Shown here: positions 37,684-51,997 of the stretch, piece after piece
Layout of the letters: each line of letters begins with the position of its first letter
Numbering within the stretch: the first letter of the stretch is position 1
Assembly: GCF_000150275.1 (NCBI RefSeq)
Contig: NW_002060964.1
Span: forward strand, 425,643-489,642
Origin: Trichoplax adhaerens
Lineage: Eukaryota > Animalia > Placozoa
DNA: 64,000 bases
Direction of reading: 5' to 3'
Notes under the pieces: model-generated
The model's input: the letters and a program-made list of their open reading frames with translations, nothing else
Told to the model about the DNA's origin: nothing
Database searches by the model: none
Position numbers and translations under genes: made by a program

Positions 37684-40177
37684 TCGGCTGTCACGCTGGA
37701 ATCAAGTACAAATATAGATTTGTCTTTATTGAAATTTCTCCAAATAACTTCCTAGAAAAGATGGGGATTATTAGTTGATAGTAATGGAAATTCATTCATA
37801 ATATTACAAATTTTAAATCATTTGATATTTATACGGTAGATGCAGCGGATAGAAGTGGCCAACTGAAAATTTTAAGGCTAAAGTATCATTGTCAGGTTTA
37901 CGATGTCTCATCTTTCGCAAGTGTAATAGCCTCACCGTTATTTTTACATTTGCCAACATCAGCTTGGCTAAGCACTACCAGATTGCTATTTCGGAGGTGT
38001 CTATCTGCACAAGAAACTGCTTCTCAGTCGACACTATTTCTTCAACACAGGCCTGATTGGCCAATAATTTCTATTCTGTTGAGGATAAGAAAAGTGAATT
38101 CTTTCCAGAAAGACTGGCGCATAATAATTATTTATTTTAAAATTGACTACGATGTTGACTATTACGCCTTCCATTAGGGATTTACTCTATTTAATAACTC
38201 GAATTAGTGGATTATGAACCTTATCGGTTATTAGTATGATGTCGAGCAGCTACCGTAATAATCTACTAACGATACGCTAATCTCCCTAAATGATATATAT
38301 TTTCTGGGCTAACTGGTAAAAATTAAATTCTTAAGCGCCATAATAACTATGACAATCCTATCCTACTTTAAATAATTTGCCAACTGAGTTTTATTAGATG
38401 ATATTATATAGATTCTCAGATATTTTAATGATGGGATAGCACTGAATCTTGACCTATATGATTGGGGTATATCGCATGAACCGATTAGCAAATGGCAGAA
38501 AATTATGCTGATCATTCCAGCAATGCATTGGAATCCGTTATTGCCAATGGGGTGCTTTTTAGTACGTTATGACACTTATATTAATAATTTATTTCAATGT
38601 AGGTGTAGGGAATAGGAAGATATTGAATTGGTGGTTCCGTAGTGTTAAGTAGCATATCTTTAATGCCTTAAAACCGTTCAAAATGACTTCAAAATGTATA
38701 ACCGAAGGCAGAATGGTTCTGATACTGGAATTCTCTCCACATGCAATAAATTACAGTAGTTCAAGTGAGATATTCTAGATCTAATGCGATTACGGATAGA
38801 ACTTTGATAATATTCAACTGTAATGCCAGGAGTTTAGCACTTGAGTTAAATTCTTATTTAATTATGGAATTACTTATATGTGTTACAGTAGAATATAATA
38901 ATTGCTTAGTTAAATGCGATTAGTTACTCGTGCGCAGGGAAAATACCGTAATTTAATGTCCTTGCGTAGAGCGTGGAAGCGTGATAATTTTGCAACCATT
39001 ACTAGATAGGTAATGCGCTAGGATTTACAAGCGTTTGCATCGAGTACGGTAGATCGGTAGTTCTTCTTGTTAATAGTTTGTTGCTGTTCCGAATCGATAC
39101 TTGTAAAGAGGAAAAGTTAACTATTACAGAAATTATCGCGCTATCGTCACGGAAGCCAGTAACAACACTAGTCTCTCTTAGACATAACTGAACCCAAACT
39201 TTAATATAAAGTCAGTCAATTTATAGAAAATCTATATAAACATTAACTATCAGTTTATAAATAATATTACAAAACTAAGCATTTATCTGTTTAAAATATG
39301 TAAAATGTCGTAAACAATGTTATGTAAATACTTTCCTAGATAAACTATCTAATGCAATCTAAGTTACGACTACTACGCAGAAGTTACTCCGTAGCTATTA
39401 TAATTAGAGTTACAGTTGAAATAATAAAGCTTAATTCGGGTTTTAAATTCAGTTAATCTGATTTCTTATGAACCCATAAGAATTGAATCCACTACACCAA
39501 TCTTGTGACTGCTAGTCTATACCGTAGATATTTTTAATTGCCAACGATCTGATAATGAATAAGCTCTACGACACACTTCGCTTTTTTGTATGCGTTCTAC
39601 CCTTGAGATTGGCTTCGCAATGGTTACCATTGTATGGAATCTCTTTTGCTTACAACATTGGAGAAAAGCCAAAGAACAATGTCCTATGATTTTGTGATAA
39701 TTATTGCTATTGTTTCAATCAGTCTCTGGAGACTAAAAATTAGAAAAACTGGTTCTCAAAGCTACTAAAATTTTCGTGAAACTTGACCTTATGACACCGA
39801 GCACTTCTAAGAGGAAAACTAAAAGTTTCCAGTTAAGAGCCTATGAAGATACCGTTCTTAATTTGAATTAAATTCAGTGGCGATAATGATAAGTAATTGA
39901 GTCAGTGTTTCACTAATATATTTGTAAAGAGGCTTTAAAAGTTAAAGAAAAACTGCGTTGATAACGAATACTATCGAAGACAAGATAGAAATAAGACTAA
40001 AGTGGATACAAATACGGTTCTAAGGGCATTTGTGGAAGGTGAACAGGTAATATCCGGTGATCGCTGCGATGTTTTCTTCATGATCGATCGTTGGTCTTGT
40101 TCAGCCTCGATTCAAGTTTGTCCTCGTTTTGGTTGATATAAAATCCCGTAGAAGAATTTGGGAATAATAAGTCAAGT

Positions 40178-43100
40178 ATGCTAGTCAAAGCCACTGAAGA
40201 TAAGCCAGTCGATAGGTAATGCTATCGATGTCGATGCTAGATAGTTTTGAAGAATTCCTTTTAACCAAGATAGGTCCGAGAAAAAGTACTGCTGTTTTGA
40301 ATGTTTCTCACTTTTTCCTTCTATTACCCAGTTTCAGATTGCTAGTAGAGCTGCATTGGCTAAAGTTATAGTACAAAATAGATCGGTCTGTCTAAATATT
40401 TTCCAATCAGCAATGCTTCAAAGTCTTAAAATCTGTAGTAATAGTTTATCATATTAATATAGATGATATCCTAGTAAGAAAGATGATTTCGTACTAATGA
40501 TGACCGTTAACATTTGCAATTTTTAATAGAAAATTATACAGCTATTACCAAGATTCATCTTCACTATGTCAATCGTTAGGACATAGAAATTACAACCACT
40601 CATCGAACATAGCATTGATAAATGTAGATAGCATTGCTAAAAGTATACTAAAATGCAGTCCTTATTTGTTTGGAGACTAAATTCCCTAGGATATTCAGAA
40701 TGAAACACTAGCGACAACAAATGCCTTTCAATTGCGGTTGAATAATGATGGCATTTTCCCGTTCGATTTCTATATCGTCTACCTAAAGTATACTAGGCCT
40801 TATATGGAGTCGTAAACTGTTATATATGTAGACATTAAAAGGAATTAGCTTTTGCATATATGCTAAAATAAGATGCTAATAAATCGAGTGATTAAGCAAA
40901 ATAGAATTAATGATCCGATTTATGAATTAGATAGCGATGAACGAATTATTATTCAACAGTTTATGTGCAAATTATGTATGATAATCGATCACGTCGTTTC
41001 TACTATCTTTGATGGGCTTGGAATTGCTAAGAGTACGATAGGATTATAAGCCGGCGATGGCTCATAATTTGGCTAATTACTTCTTTCATTAAAATTATAT
41101 CAATTTTATATCAGCATAAAGTTGTATTTAACTATCTGTTTCAGATATTATTTAGTTTACATCACCTTCGTTATACTTGGAATTGTGAGTGCGATGCCTA
41201 TACGAATTTTTATTTCTGCAGCATCGGTAAATATAAATAGAATTCCCTCTATTTCTGTTAACTTGCACTATTATGAGCTATATTCATTTTACTTGTTCAC
41301 TTTTCTATCCAACAATATGGGTGTTGCTATATTTGGGTAGTACTACGCGGTTAAACTGAAAGGTACGCCATATCAATATGCTGTTGAAAATTATATCATC
41401 TTGGCTTACAGTCTACCCTGTCCTCTTGGAAGTACTATCAACATATTCTTATTACGATCGTGAGTTAGCAGAACATCTATTTCTCACGTTAATTATCATT
41501 TTAGCTCTATTATAATATACTAGAACATTAATAATTCAACTACAATTACCTTGATCTTACGTAGAATCAATGTCAGAAAACGTATGACATTTTCTACCAT
41601 TATCTTAATAATCTCATTTATCATAACGGCAATTTTGGCTGAATTGGATACCTCAAAGTGTAAGACTTCCCTAACTAGTAAAAATATGATGCTATGTAAA
41701 TTGCTACCACCTACAGTCTTGATCAGAATTTAGTAATGCTCTCTTTTTATCGAGGTTCAACAGCCATCATAGGGTACCGTTTTAACATTAATAACTAGAG
41801 TGATTACTATTCTAAATAAATTGGACTGATTAAAAAATGTGCTTTCATTATCATAAATGAACTTGTGATTGCAGCACTCATCTAATTTTCTGTATTTTAA
41901 TCCTCATTTACGATTTATAAGAATTCGTTTAAAAATATACCGACTTACTACTGCCACATAACTATAGCTAATGAAAATCAATTCTTTACAGGGAAAGGAA
42001 CCTTTATTATCCTAACTATTGCTACCGTCGCTTTCAGCAGTTGTAAGTATATACTTATATAAAAAATAGTAATAATTTGCTGTCTTAGTGCGCTATCAAA
42101 TGAAATAGTATAAGCTGAATTGCTCTCTCAGTTATAGTGCTTATTATTACAGTACTTTTGCTATCTTGGTGCTATCTATTATAAGTTAATAAACGACAAC
42201 ACTATTCAATAAAAACTTTACATCCTCAGCAGCTCATGCCTATTGCTGAATTGTAAGTTTTTAAAATTGGCCAAATTCTTCTTTTGAATAAGCTGTAGGA
42301 ATGATAGAATTTATAGCATAATTTCAAAAAGACCAGCGAATCTTAATGTAGTCTTTTTTACTAATAAGCCCCCAAAATTGAAGGGGTACATTCCCTTAAA
42401 ACTATTGTAAGCATAATTGTTGCTATACGTGTATGGTATTCATAGGATACTATGCATTTAGTTTATCCTTTGTAGGCTAATTCTGAATACTAATTTTTAT
42501 AGTAAATGAAAATTGATAATAACCGTGATTAAAATGATTTTATTATACTTCTTAATCGCTGATTATTCAAATGATTTTTTTTCTTGCGCTCATCCTTGTC
42601 TGCTTCCTTGTACATGACTAACTTTTTTTCTTAATTGATGCATGATAACATACGCAATACAAATTATATCAAAGTGTTTGGAACTACCGTTTACTTATCC
42701 AGCCTTCATGGATTGTCTAGCATATTTCCTAAAGAATATTCACAAGCTGTACAAATTGGCCAAGTAAGCATTAAATACAAAAGTACTGAGTAAATAAGTG
42801 TAATCGTATTGAAATCAAGAGTATCTATTTATAAATTATCGCTATTCTTCATCGTTTCGTTCTAATCCTGGAATATTCACTGTAATTTGTAGCTACAGTC
42901 ATTCTGCTTAAATTATTTATAACCTGAAATATTCCTCTTGTAGGCTGTGTGTGGTGTCTTTACTGCAGCGGTAAATGTCCTATCCATAATCGGTATGTTA
43001 CTCTATAAGCTTTAACATTGATCTGGAGTATATAGCATTGATTTCCACCTAAATTATATCACTAACTTACCTTCATCCAGATTATCTATCAATAACTCAC

Positions 43101-45387
43101 TTACACGTACACATAAAATTTTGTCTATATTGTACTATGATAGTTGAAATTATGAAAAATTAAAATTGAATACTTAAATAAATAGAGCAATTAGCATCGT
43201 AATTGAGGATTGACTTCTTCAAGCTCGCCTTCTATTCCGCTATACAAGTGAAGTTAAATGCAAACTAGATGTCATAAGTAGTATTGGAAAGTAATATGTT
43301 TAGTATCACTTATCGATGTAATTAATCAACTTTACGAATTTGCCTGCAGTCAGCTTGTAGCAAATGATCATTAGAGCTTATACCTAATTTTTTGAGAAGC
43401 ATTCATATCACTGGTTCCATCATTTCGATACTGAATAGCGATCCTAGTTACTGTCAGGAATTGATTATTATGATTATAATTAATCTATTCAGTATGGCAT
43501 TCCGTAAGACATAGCGGCGTTGGATATTTCTGCAGCGGAATAATCATACTACTCCTGGCCTTGATTATTCAACTGTTGCTTAAGAAGAATGTTAGTTTAC
43601 GTATTACTAATGATTATACTTGAATGGAATTAAAATATGATAAATAAATTATTACAAATATTCTTCATTGGGCAACTAATGATTAAATGTCAATAAGTTT
43701 ATTTCGGATTTTATTTTAGGCATTTGCTAGATCATATATGGAAAAAAATTTGGAATACGGTCAGAAATACCTTCATTCATTAGATTCATTAATTACAATA
43801 GGCCAATTTTTATGAAGTATCAAGCATCATCCATTTGTTGCAGCTATTATTATTTTGTAACCCTTTGCTTGATGGGACTATTCGAAAATTACTCTATCTT
43901 CCTTTTTATAACAGATGTGCAGCAGAAAATGAAGCAGGACAGAGATGATGATCAATTTTGTAGTGAATCTGATGAAGAGTTTGACCATATAAAGTACGAC
44001 AAGAGTACTATTAAACGTGTTATGTATATTACAAGAAAGGTAAAGAAAAAAAGATTGAATGCGTTATCATTTGCAGTTATTTTTTATGGAAAGATAGAAT
44101 GTATCAATATATCCCTATTTTATTCCAGATATGGCCAATACTCTTAGCTCTTTTTCTATGCTATATAGTCACACATATGGTTTATCCATCTATTACCACT
44201 CGCATTTTTTCTATTCATAAAGAAAGTCATGGCCCATTAACAGGTATATCTGCGCTAATTACATAATCTTGAAATATTAGCATTAACCACATATTCAATT
44301 GATTTCAATAGCCCAATGATGCTATAATTTCTTTACTTGTTAATAATAGTAGACACAATAAACGTTTATATTTCAACTATGAAACTTTATATCGACAATT
44401 TAGTATTTCTTTCAAAGTTCTACGTTCTATAATCTTGAGTTTATGTATTACTATAAATGAGTATGCGGGGAAAAAAGTAAGCAGATGAATTCGCATTTAG
44501 TGTCATGATATTTAAGTCATAACTTGGCTATGGTATCTAATGTTGTAGATTGTATTGTCTAAATTGTGATACCTTTTTAATTATGTCAGGGAGATTATTT
44601 ATACCAGTCGCATGCTTTCTGGTATATGCAATAGCTGATTTAGTTGGCCGTATTATTTCTGGATGGATATTAATGGTTGGTTAAACAGTATTTTACATAA
44701 ATTGAGGAATTTATTATTTAATAGAATTTTGATGAGGATATTCTAACTTGACTCATACTTTTTATTGCATGGACATCGATCTGTCTAGCCAAACTATAAT
44801 CAAGGCCTATCTCTGTTATTTTTGGCTGCATGCAGATTTATTCTTGTTCCACTCTTCATATACTGTAATGTCCAACCACGAAAGCATTTATCGGTTAAAA
44901 TTCATAGCGATGTTGTTTATATTATATTGATACTGGTGCTAGGTCTTTCTCAAGGCTACGTGAAAACCTTAACGACAATGTATGCTCCAAAGTAAGTCCA
45001 GGACCCAAAATAATGACTACTTAGTGCTATTTATGACAAATATATTAATTGAGCAAAACCTAGTATATTCTACTATTTGTAATTAATTTTTACATGAATG
45101 TATCTTACTGTTAAAGAATATAATTTTCTAACAGTATTTTTAATATTAGAAAATATTTAAATATCAAAATAATGTGCCCACATTCAGAATATCTTTGCAT
45201 TTATAGATGATAAATGATCTTATTTCTAGAAAGAGATTGTAATTAGTATCTTTTATATGTAATATTCTTATTTAGGTTGGTCCATTCTCGATTTAAAGAA
45301 GCTACAGGAGCAATGGTTTATTTCTGTATTACTATTGCATATATTGTTAGTTCATTGATGGCATTCGGGGTCAGCGCAATACCTTAG
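40178..45387 (+). CDS. Equilibrative nucleoside transporter copy ENT-c, apparently intact
   Basis: Exon 1 MLVKATEDKPVD(R); exon 2 from 41145 YYLVYITFVILGIVSAMPIRIFISAAS; FGTTVYLSSLHGLSSIFP; VYAIADLVGRIIS; LSQGYVKTLTTMYAP; last exon EATGAMVYFCITIAYIVSSLMAFGVSAIP*. Same exon structure as ENT-b and ENT-d. Confidence 0.9.
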
Positions 45388-46465
45388 TTTATTAATATTG
45401 AGACATTAACTATAACGGAAAATATCAATGAAATGAGATGAATTTTTACATCTTCATCATTAAAACATTTATTTTTTGTTTTATAACTGCGGTATGGTTT
45501 ATGTGTATAACAATTAGATCATCAGACAGTAGAGTGATATACTATAGGTTCTATTCTTAGACAAGGTTTAAGTATCAAATTTCCAATTAAATTTTGAGAA
45601 TAATCAACTTTTTATTTTACGGTAAAGCTATATAGCTTATAGCAGAATAGCTTGTTAATGTGCTTCAATATCTTATCACCAGTTAAGCTTGCAAAGTCAA
45701 CCTGTACATAAATTCTTTGCTAGTTAATCTGTATCATTGACGCAACATTGAAAATAGGAAACGTTATGATAATCTAAAATGACGAAAAATAAAGTTTATT
45801 TTGTAAAGTTTAATTTATTTGAAGTATATTAGAAAACATTTGGAAATTTACCATCATGGAATATGAAATCGATAGCTTCGAAACAGCGTGATTTGGGCTA
45901 ACGAAACCCATTCTCTATTTATTTATATTTGCAATCTCTAGCTATCTACGGATTTATAGTAGATCTACTGCGGTAATGTAACTTAAGATACAATAAATAA
46001 AATGAATTGATTTCCTTTTTATTGAAAATTTTTATTTTAATGAGATGGTTATGTTAAGTTAAATTTATTTAATTTTTTTTTAATTTGCTGTGTCGAAGGA
46101 TATTTGATCTTTGATCATTGTTTAGTATTAGAATCCTGATAGGTCAAATAAAAGTTGATTAAAAGGCTATGTTATGGCATTCTGCAAAAAAATTTTGAAT
46201 TCTTGAATTATAACCTAATTGCAGTATGTAAAAGATTAGTAAATGTTCTATCATAAATACTTGTAGCCAAATACAATTTAATTAGCGACTGCAATATATA
46301 GTACATTTTTGGCGAAAAACGTTAACGTGTCTACTTTGTCTAAACTATGATTTATCATTGTTAGATAGCTAGTCTGTAAGTTTTATTAATTATCACATTG
46401 TTACAATTCTCGTTTGTAACTAGAAAATGGGTCTTAAACACTATCTTCACTAGTACTTGTGTTCC

Positions 46466-47013
46466 TGTAATGTAACTAGTATTGTGATTGTAGACTGTTA
46501 GCCATCTTTAGTATAATATACGGTAGATATTATCCTACGAGATATTTGGTAGCTATAACTATAGACTATTGTGGTATAGACTTTATGCTAGAGTACAGAT
46601 GACTATATACAGTAAGGAATTGAGTTACTAATAAGGCTATAGGTAAAATAGAAAGTTAAATCATATATTAGGATATGGTTAATTCATTGTACTTTGGCTA
46701 GTGTGAATAATGTCTACGTAAGCACTGTAGTCTTATCCATATTGGATTAATGATGGTCCGCAGTAGAATAGTCTTCCTAAGAATAATTTAACTATGTGTA
46801 AAATAAGGTAAAAGGTTGCCATGCGGATTGTAGCTGCGAATGCTACGGAAAGTATAAAAGCATGCAACTTTAGATTATTCAGTTAGTTCGTTCTAGAAGT
46901 CTTTAGTAGTAGTATTCGGTTAGAGTAGAGCTGTGAGTAGCTAATCTTTGTATAAGATTCAATAAAGCCCTTATTTTTCTAAATTTGGAATTTCGTGATT
47001 GGTATATATCACA
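46466..47013 (+). mobile_element. Solo LTR (family A, 548 bp) with perfect 5-bp TSD GTTCC
   Basis: Termini TGTAATGTA...TATATCACA; internal TATAAAA (about 46853) and AATAAA (about 46961); GTTCC at 46461-46465 and 47014-47018. Confidence 0.88.
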
Positions 47014-48260
47014 GTTCCCAACTAACTTAGATACCTATCGTAGTTTAACTAACTCTCGACTACACAAATAAGCTACTAATGAGTAATAGGTTTAAATACT
47101 TCACTTTATTTACGTTAAGCTTAGACTTAAAATGTACTAAAGAAAAACGTAAGAATATTCTTAGCAATAATAGTCAAGTGATCCTGCAAGTGACGAAATG
47201 GAGCTGAGCAGCTAAGCTAGTGCTCAGCTTTTTATAGTCTCAGCCTACGCCGATGGTGCACTTATGAATATTCTTGACATAGCGACTTACACTGTATAGT
47301 ATACATATCCTAGTATATCGGTGAGAATATTTATCTGTTGAGTCGCTTAAGCCATTCCGTAATAAACGTTGAAAGTTAACATGATACAATTTGCTAGAAA
47401 TATTCCTGTAATTTTCTTCTTACAAGAATATCTTGAGTTCCAAACGGTAAAGGCACAATGTTTCTTATTCGAAATCCCACCGCTACCACCAATTGTTACA
47501 CACATATTGTAAAATATGTACGAATTAATATACATAGTTAATGTGCTTAAGCGTATTTTAAAGAATTGAGAGAAGTTCATTTACAATAATATTTATAGTT
47601 TAATTTGGAATGGAATCAAAAGGTAACATCTGCTGTAACTTACGCGATTAATTTCGATAGTTTAATTATGATTACTTTGCAATAGAATAAAACTTATGAT
47701 TCTAACGCTATAAAACCATAGATTGTTCTGAGTAGCCTATCCTGCAGTTCGTTAGTCTAGTTGGTCAAAGTGTAGAAGTAGAGCTGTAATTGAATTAGGA
47801 TGCTCAGTAATTGTGAGCAGTTTTAAATTATCTTAATAGTTTAGTTAATTGAAGCCGTATACATTGCTCTCTTGTCATACTTTGATTGTATTTCAGTGCT
47901 TGCTGTCTTTAAAAAGCACCTTTTCCTATGTCATATTGTCTTAAATCAGAATTATTTCATTTCTAGCAAATTTCAAAATTCTTTTTTTCAATTATCTCTG
48001 TGGCAGATTGAGAAATTATATTAAATTCAACACTGTTGAAAGAATAACTGCATGCAGTACAAAATTAATGCATTTCTTAGTCATTGATAATTTTGGAAAC
48101 TAGCAATATAGGTAATTTCAATTTTAGTTTTACTCCCAATAAAAATTACAAAATTCGACTTAAGCATTTACTAAATACCGTGTACAATTCAATTTATCAG
48201 CAAATTTTCAGATTATAAAATATGCGTAATCGATGTATTAAACCAGCTATTTCTCTGCAG

Positions 48261-49320
48261 ATAAATAGCTGGCAAGAAAAGGCGATAGACTATTATCAAT
48301 CTAGAAACCTAGATGATGCAATCTCTTATTGTACTGAAATATTAGAAAATATTTAAAAAGTATGCAGAAGATCTCTTTATCTTAATCGACTTCAATTTGA
48401 TGTTTATTTACTTATTGGTGAAATCCAGATAATACGATATAAATGGATGAAGCAGAACAATTCAATAAAAAAGCGCAAAATGTAGCTGATAGGCTGCAGG
48501 AAGAAATGTTAATTACTCAATATTTAGACAGAAATGGCAATATGAAGCGATCACTAGGTGATTGGAATGGGGAATTAGAAGTTTATAATAAATTAATAGA
48601 TATAAATTTGGATTGCTTAGACAAAAAAATTTAAGTATTCGCAATTCAAATGAAATTATAGGAACTGTTTATTGCGCTCAAGGTAGCTATGAAGAAGCTT
48701 TTACCAAGTATGAGAAATTGCTCAAGATTAAATTATTACTCCATGCTCACAATCTTCCTGAGGTTGCCAAATCTCATAACAAGATTGGAAAGGTGTATTG
48801 TAATCGGACAAAATATGCAGAGGCTATTTCTATACAAGAGATTTCGCTTAAAATTCAACTGTCAGTCTTTGATTCCATTCTGATGTTGCGGTACCCTACA
48901 TCAGCTGTGGCCTTTTCATCAAGGTCAAAATAAAGAGACGATTTCAATGTATGAGAAGTTGCCCAAGATCCAATTGTCACTCTTTGATTCCAATCGTCCA
49001 GAAATTGCCAAGTTCCACAATAACATTGGTCTCATCTATTTCAATCAAGGCAAGTATGGAATGGCAATTTCGATGCATGAGAAATCACCTCAAATTCGGT
49101 AGATAACTTTGGATCATAATCATCATGATATTGTTACAACATATGGCAGCTATAATATATGGTAATATTGGTCTCATTGTTTCTAAACAAGGCATGCATG
49201 AAGAGGCTGTTTCCATGCATAAGAAGTCACTTAAAATTCGATTATCAGTATACGATCACAATTATATTAGCTTTATGACAATTTTGATTATTAATACTGG
49301 CTTAATTTTATTGAAATAAT
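48261..49320 (+). pseudogene. Degenerate TPR-repeat gene (kinesin light chain / nephrocystin-3-like 42-aa TPRs)
   Basis: Fragments IGTVYCAQGSYEEAFTKYEKLLKIKL, VAKSHNKIGKVY..KYAEAISIQEISLKIQ, IAKFHNNIGLIYFNQGKYGMAISMHEKS and YGNIGLIVSKQGMHEEAVSMHKKSLKIR lie in shifting frames with stops. Confidence 0.8.
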
Positions 49321-50266
49321 AAGAGCTATGAAAACAGGCAGAAATTTTGGGTATTTTATACTTAAAGTAGATTACACCGTCATTATCTTACTGTTTTAAT
49401 TATCATATACTACGAGCGTCATTCTTACATAATTTGGAATGAATGGTCTGCCTGATTTGAACGAATAAATTTGATACTACGCTGGAGCTTATATGCACAT
49501 TGCTCAATCATCAAACGAGTATTTTTATAGATAATTTTAAGAACCGGTGAATTGACCATTTTCTTCATTTAATGTCATAGCTAGGACAATATCACTATGT
49601 ATTAGTATCGATCTGCCTCAAAATTTGTAAATTCGAAAACAGCTATGCATATTCCGATTTAATTTCTGTAATTTTAAGAAAATTAAATCATTATAACTAT
49701 ACGCATATCTTTCTACTACAACGCAGCTTTGAAAAAGGATGTTTTATTATATTATGGAATGAAATAAAGATTTAAAATAGTAGATGTGATTAATTTCATT
49801 ATGACACGAAGTTTGATCTAACTATGCGAGTACTCAAGAAAGGTTTAATTTAGATGAGGCTAAAAATATCATCATTACATTATTTTATCTTTCAAAGGTT
49901 GCTAGTATTCATCGTCATGAATCAATTTTGATATATTTCTCGTATCATGATTGATGATAAAAGGATCTAGGATTGTTATTATGAAATAAGCGAAATTTTT
50001 ACATGCGCGCATATTATATTTCGCATTGATGGCTATAAAATGCCATTATCTGCTTATTAATCCTTGTCTAATATAATGCTTTTCGATAGTTACTAATCTT
50101 GTTATAGTAGCCACAGATCAATTTACTGTATTTTTGTTTTGATATATGTTTAACGTTGCAAATAGTAATTTACTATCGTATGATAGGTCATGTGGGAAAA
50201 ATTCCTTGCATTGTCTCCTGTTTGCATGCACCGTCAGGCTCTACTGATATTTTAATTTTTATTTAG

Positions 50267-50378
50267 GTGTGTTCAAGCTCAATTTAATGAATCGGCATAA
50301 ATATTAACTTTTATTGCTTTTAATGTTGAAATGACTACTGGTGCAGTACGATCATTTGGAATAAATGTGCTCACTTAT
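50267..50378 (+). pseudogene. Orphan ENT terminal exon with in-frame stop
   Basis: After a TTTATTTAG acceptor it reads CVQAQFNESA*ILTFIAFNVEMTTGAVRSFGINVLT, a copy of the ENT-d-type last exon. The downstream flank (about 50400-50445) resembles about 60700-60745. Confidence 0.75.
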
Positions 50379-51997
50379 TTCAATAAGCAGTCAAATTATT
50401 TTTTCAGCTAAACTTAGTAGTGAAAATATTTGAGATTACAGTCAATATTGCTGTACTTCAGCACAAAATCTTAGTATTATAACAATTACACGGAGTAATA
50501 TGGACTAAATCAGATTTCTGCCAAGTTTTTCACCATGAAAAATTCATTATTTTGAGATTCTTGCGTAGATAAGTGTTAAAGATTTTGAATATCTTGTATT
50601 TCTACTCTTACATGTCCCACCATATACTCGACAGCAATGCAGTTCTTTAAATCATCTGAACCTTTAATCCTTTAAATTTGATAACTCTAATTATCTAGAA
50701 TAAAAATAACAATAGCTTTATACCTGATTATTTATCGTAATTATATTCTTGTAAGGGACCTTGTATTAGTTCATTGGCGTAAAAGAATTTACCGGCTTCA
50801 AATAAGTGGTATTGATTGAATTACTAAAATTAATAATTTATTGATTTTTTAATTAAGTTTTCCTTCTTCATTCTCATGTTGACTGATCTGTCTCACTACA
50901 ACACTACTTTTAACTGGAATTATCGACATTAATTGCAAGCATGTCTTTGCTTTTCCTCTATATTGGGCTCTGATAGCTGCTGATAACTAACGTTATCGCA
51001 TAAAATTCCAAATGTTATCATGAAAATGAAAACTGGTATTTTCTCCTTGAAAATGACAATCGTTTGAAGTGACATTTAAGCTATTATTGGCTGAAGCTTT
51101 CTTCTCAATATTAAATCTACAAATCAATTTAGTCCAGAGATGATAGAAAACGCATATTCTTACCGCTAGGGCTTCGGATACAAGACTGTAGAATATATAA
51201 TATTACTTCTGTTGCATTTAATGAAAATCTTTATAGGATTGTACTTGTAACGGTTGATATTATGCTATTGATTTTCTTCATCCAATCGTACCAGAGGAAT
51301 GTTATTCTTGTATAATGATTTTATAAAGGTACTAACTTTATGAAGTAATTGAGGCACACATATATGTAACACATTAGAGATTTGCTTTAATTTGACAACT
51401 CAGAATTTTGAGTTGTTGGATTCCGAACTTAGACTTAAAAGGATCTACACGACATTGTATGACATTCGGATTGACTAATTAGATATGTAGAATGTCATAA
51501 ACAGTGGCCATTTCTTTGGTAGACAATCATTTTGTTGTAATTGTCGACATTACTCCTCGGGCAATTAGCAACAGCATCACTTACACGGGAATAATATAAG
51601 AATCATTTAAATAATATTATTTATTTACAGATCTCCTAATTAGGCGATTGTAAGCAATTCATTCATGTTGATAGTTGGCTAAACAAATAGAATATGCAAT
51701 TAAATCATGTACGGTAATGAATGTAATAATAATACTATTTAATGATGAAATTGAATAGAATATTGTTCTCGATCACGGTTTACAAAATGATTGTACAATT
51801 TAAGGCGATATCAAGGTAAACTTGCTTTGATTGATACAATATAGCGTAGAAATGCCTCTTTAGGCTTTTAATTTAGTAAGGATAATTATTTTCATCTTTC
51901 AGCTATTTTACATTGTTACTATACTCCATTAAGTTGGACTAAATTTACTTGGTCGAGTGTAATCTAATCATGAATTGAGCGGCTTAATCTTTCCATC

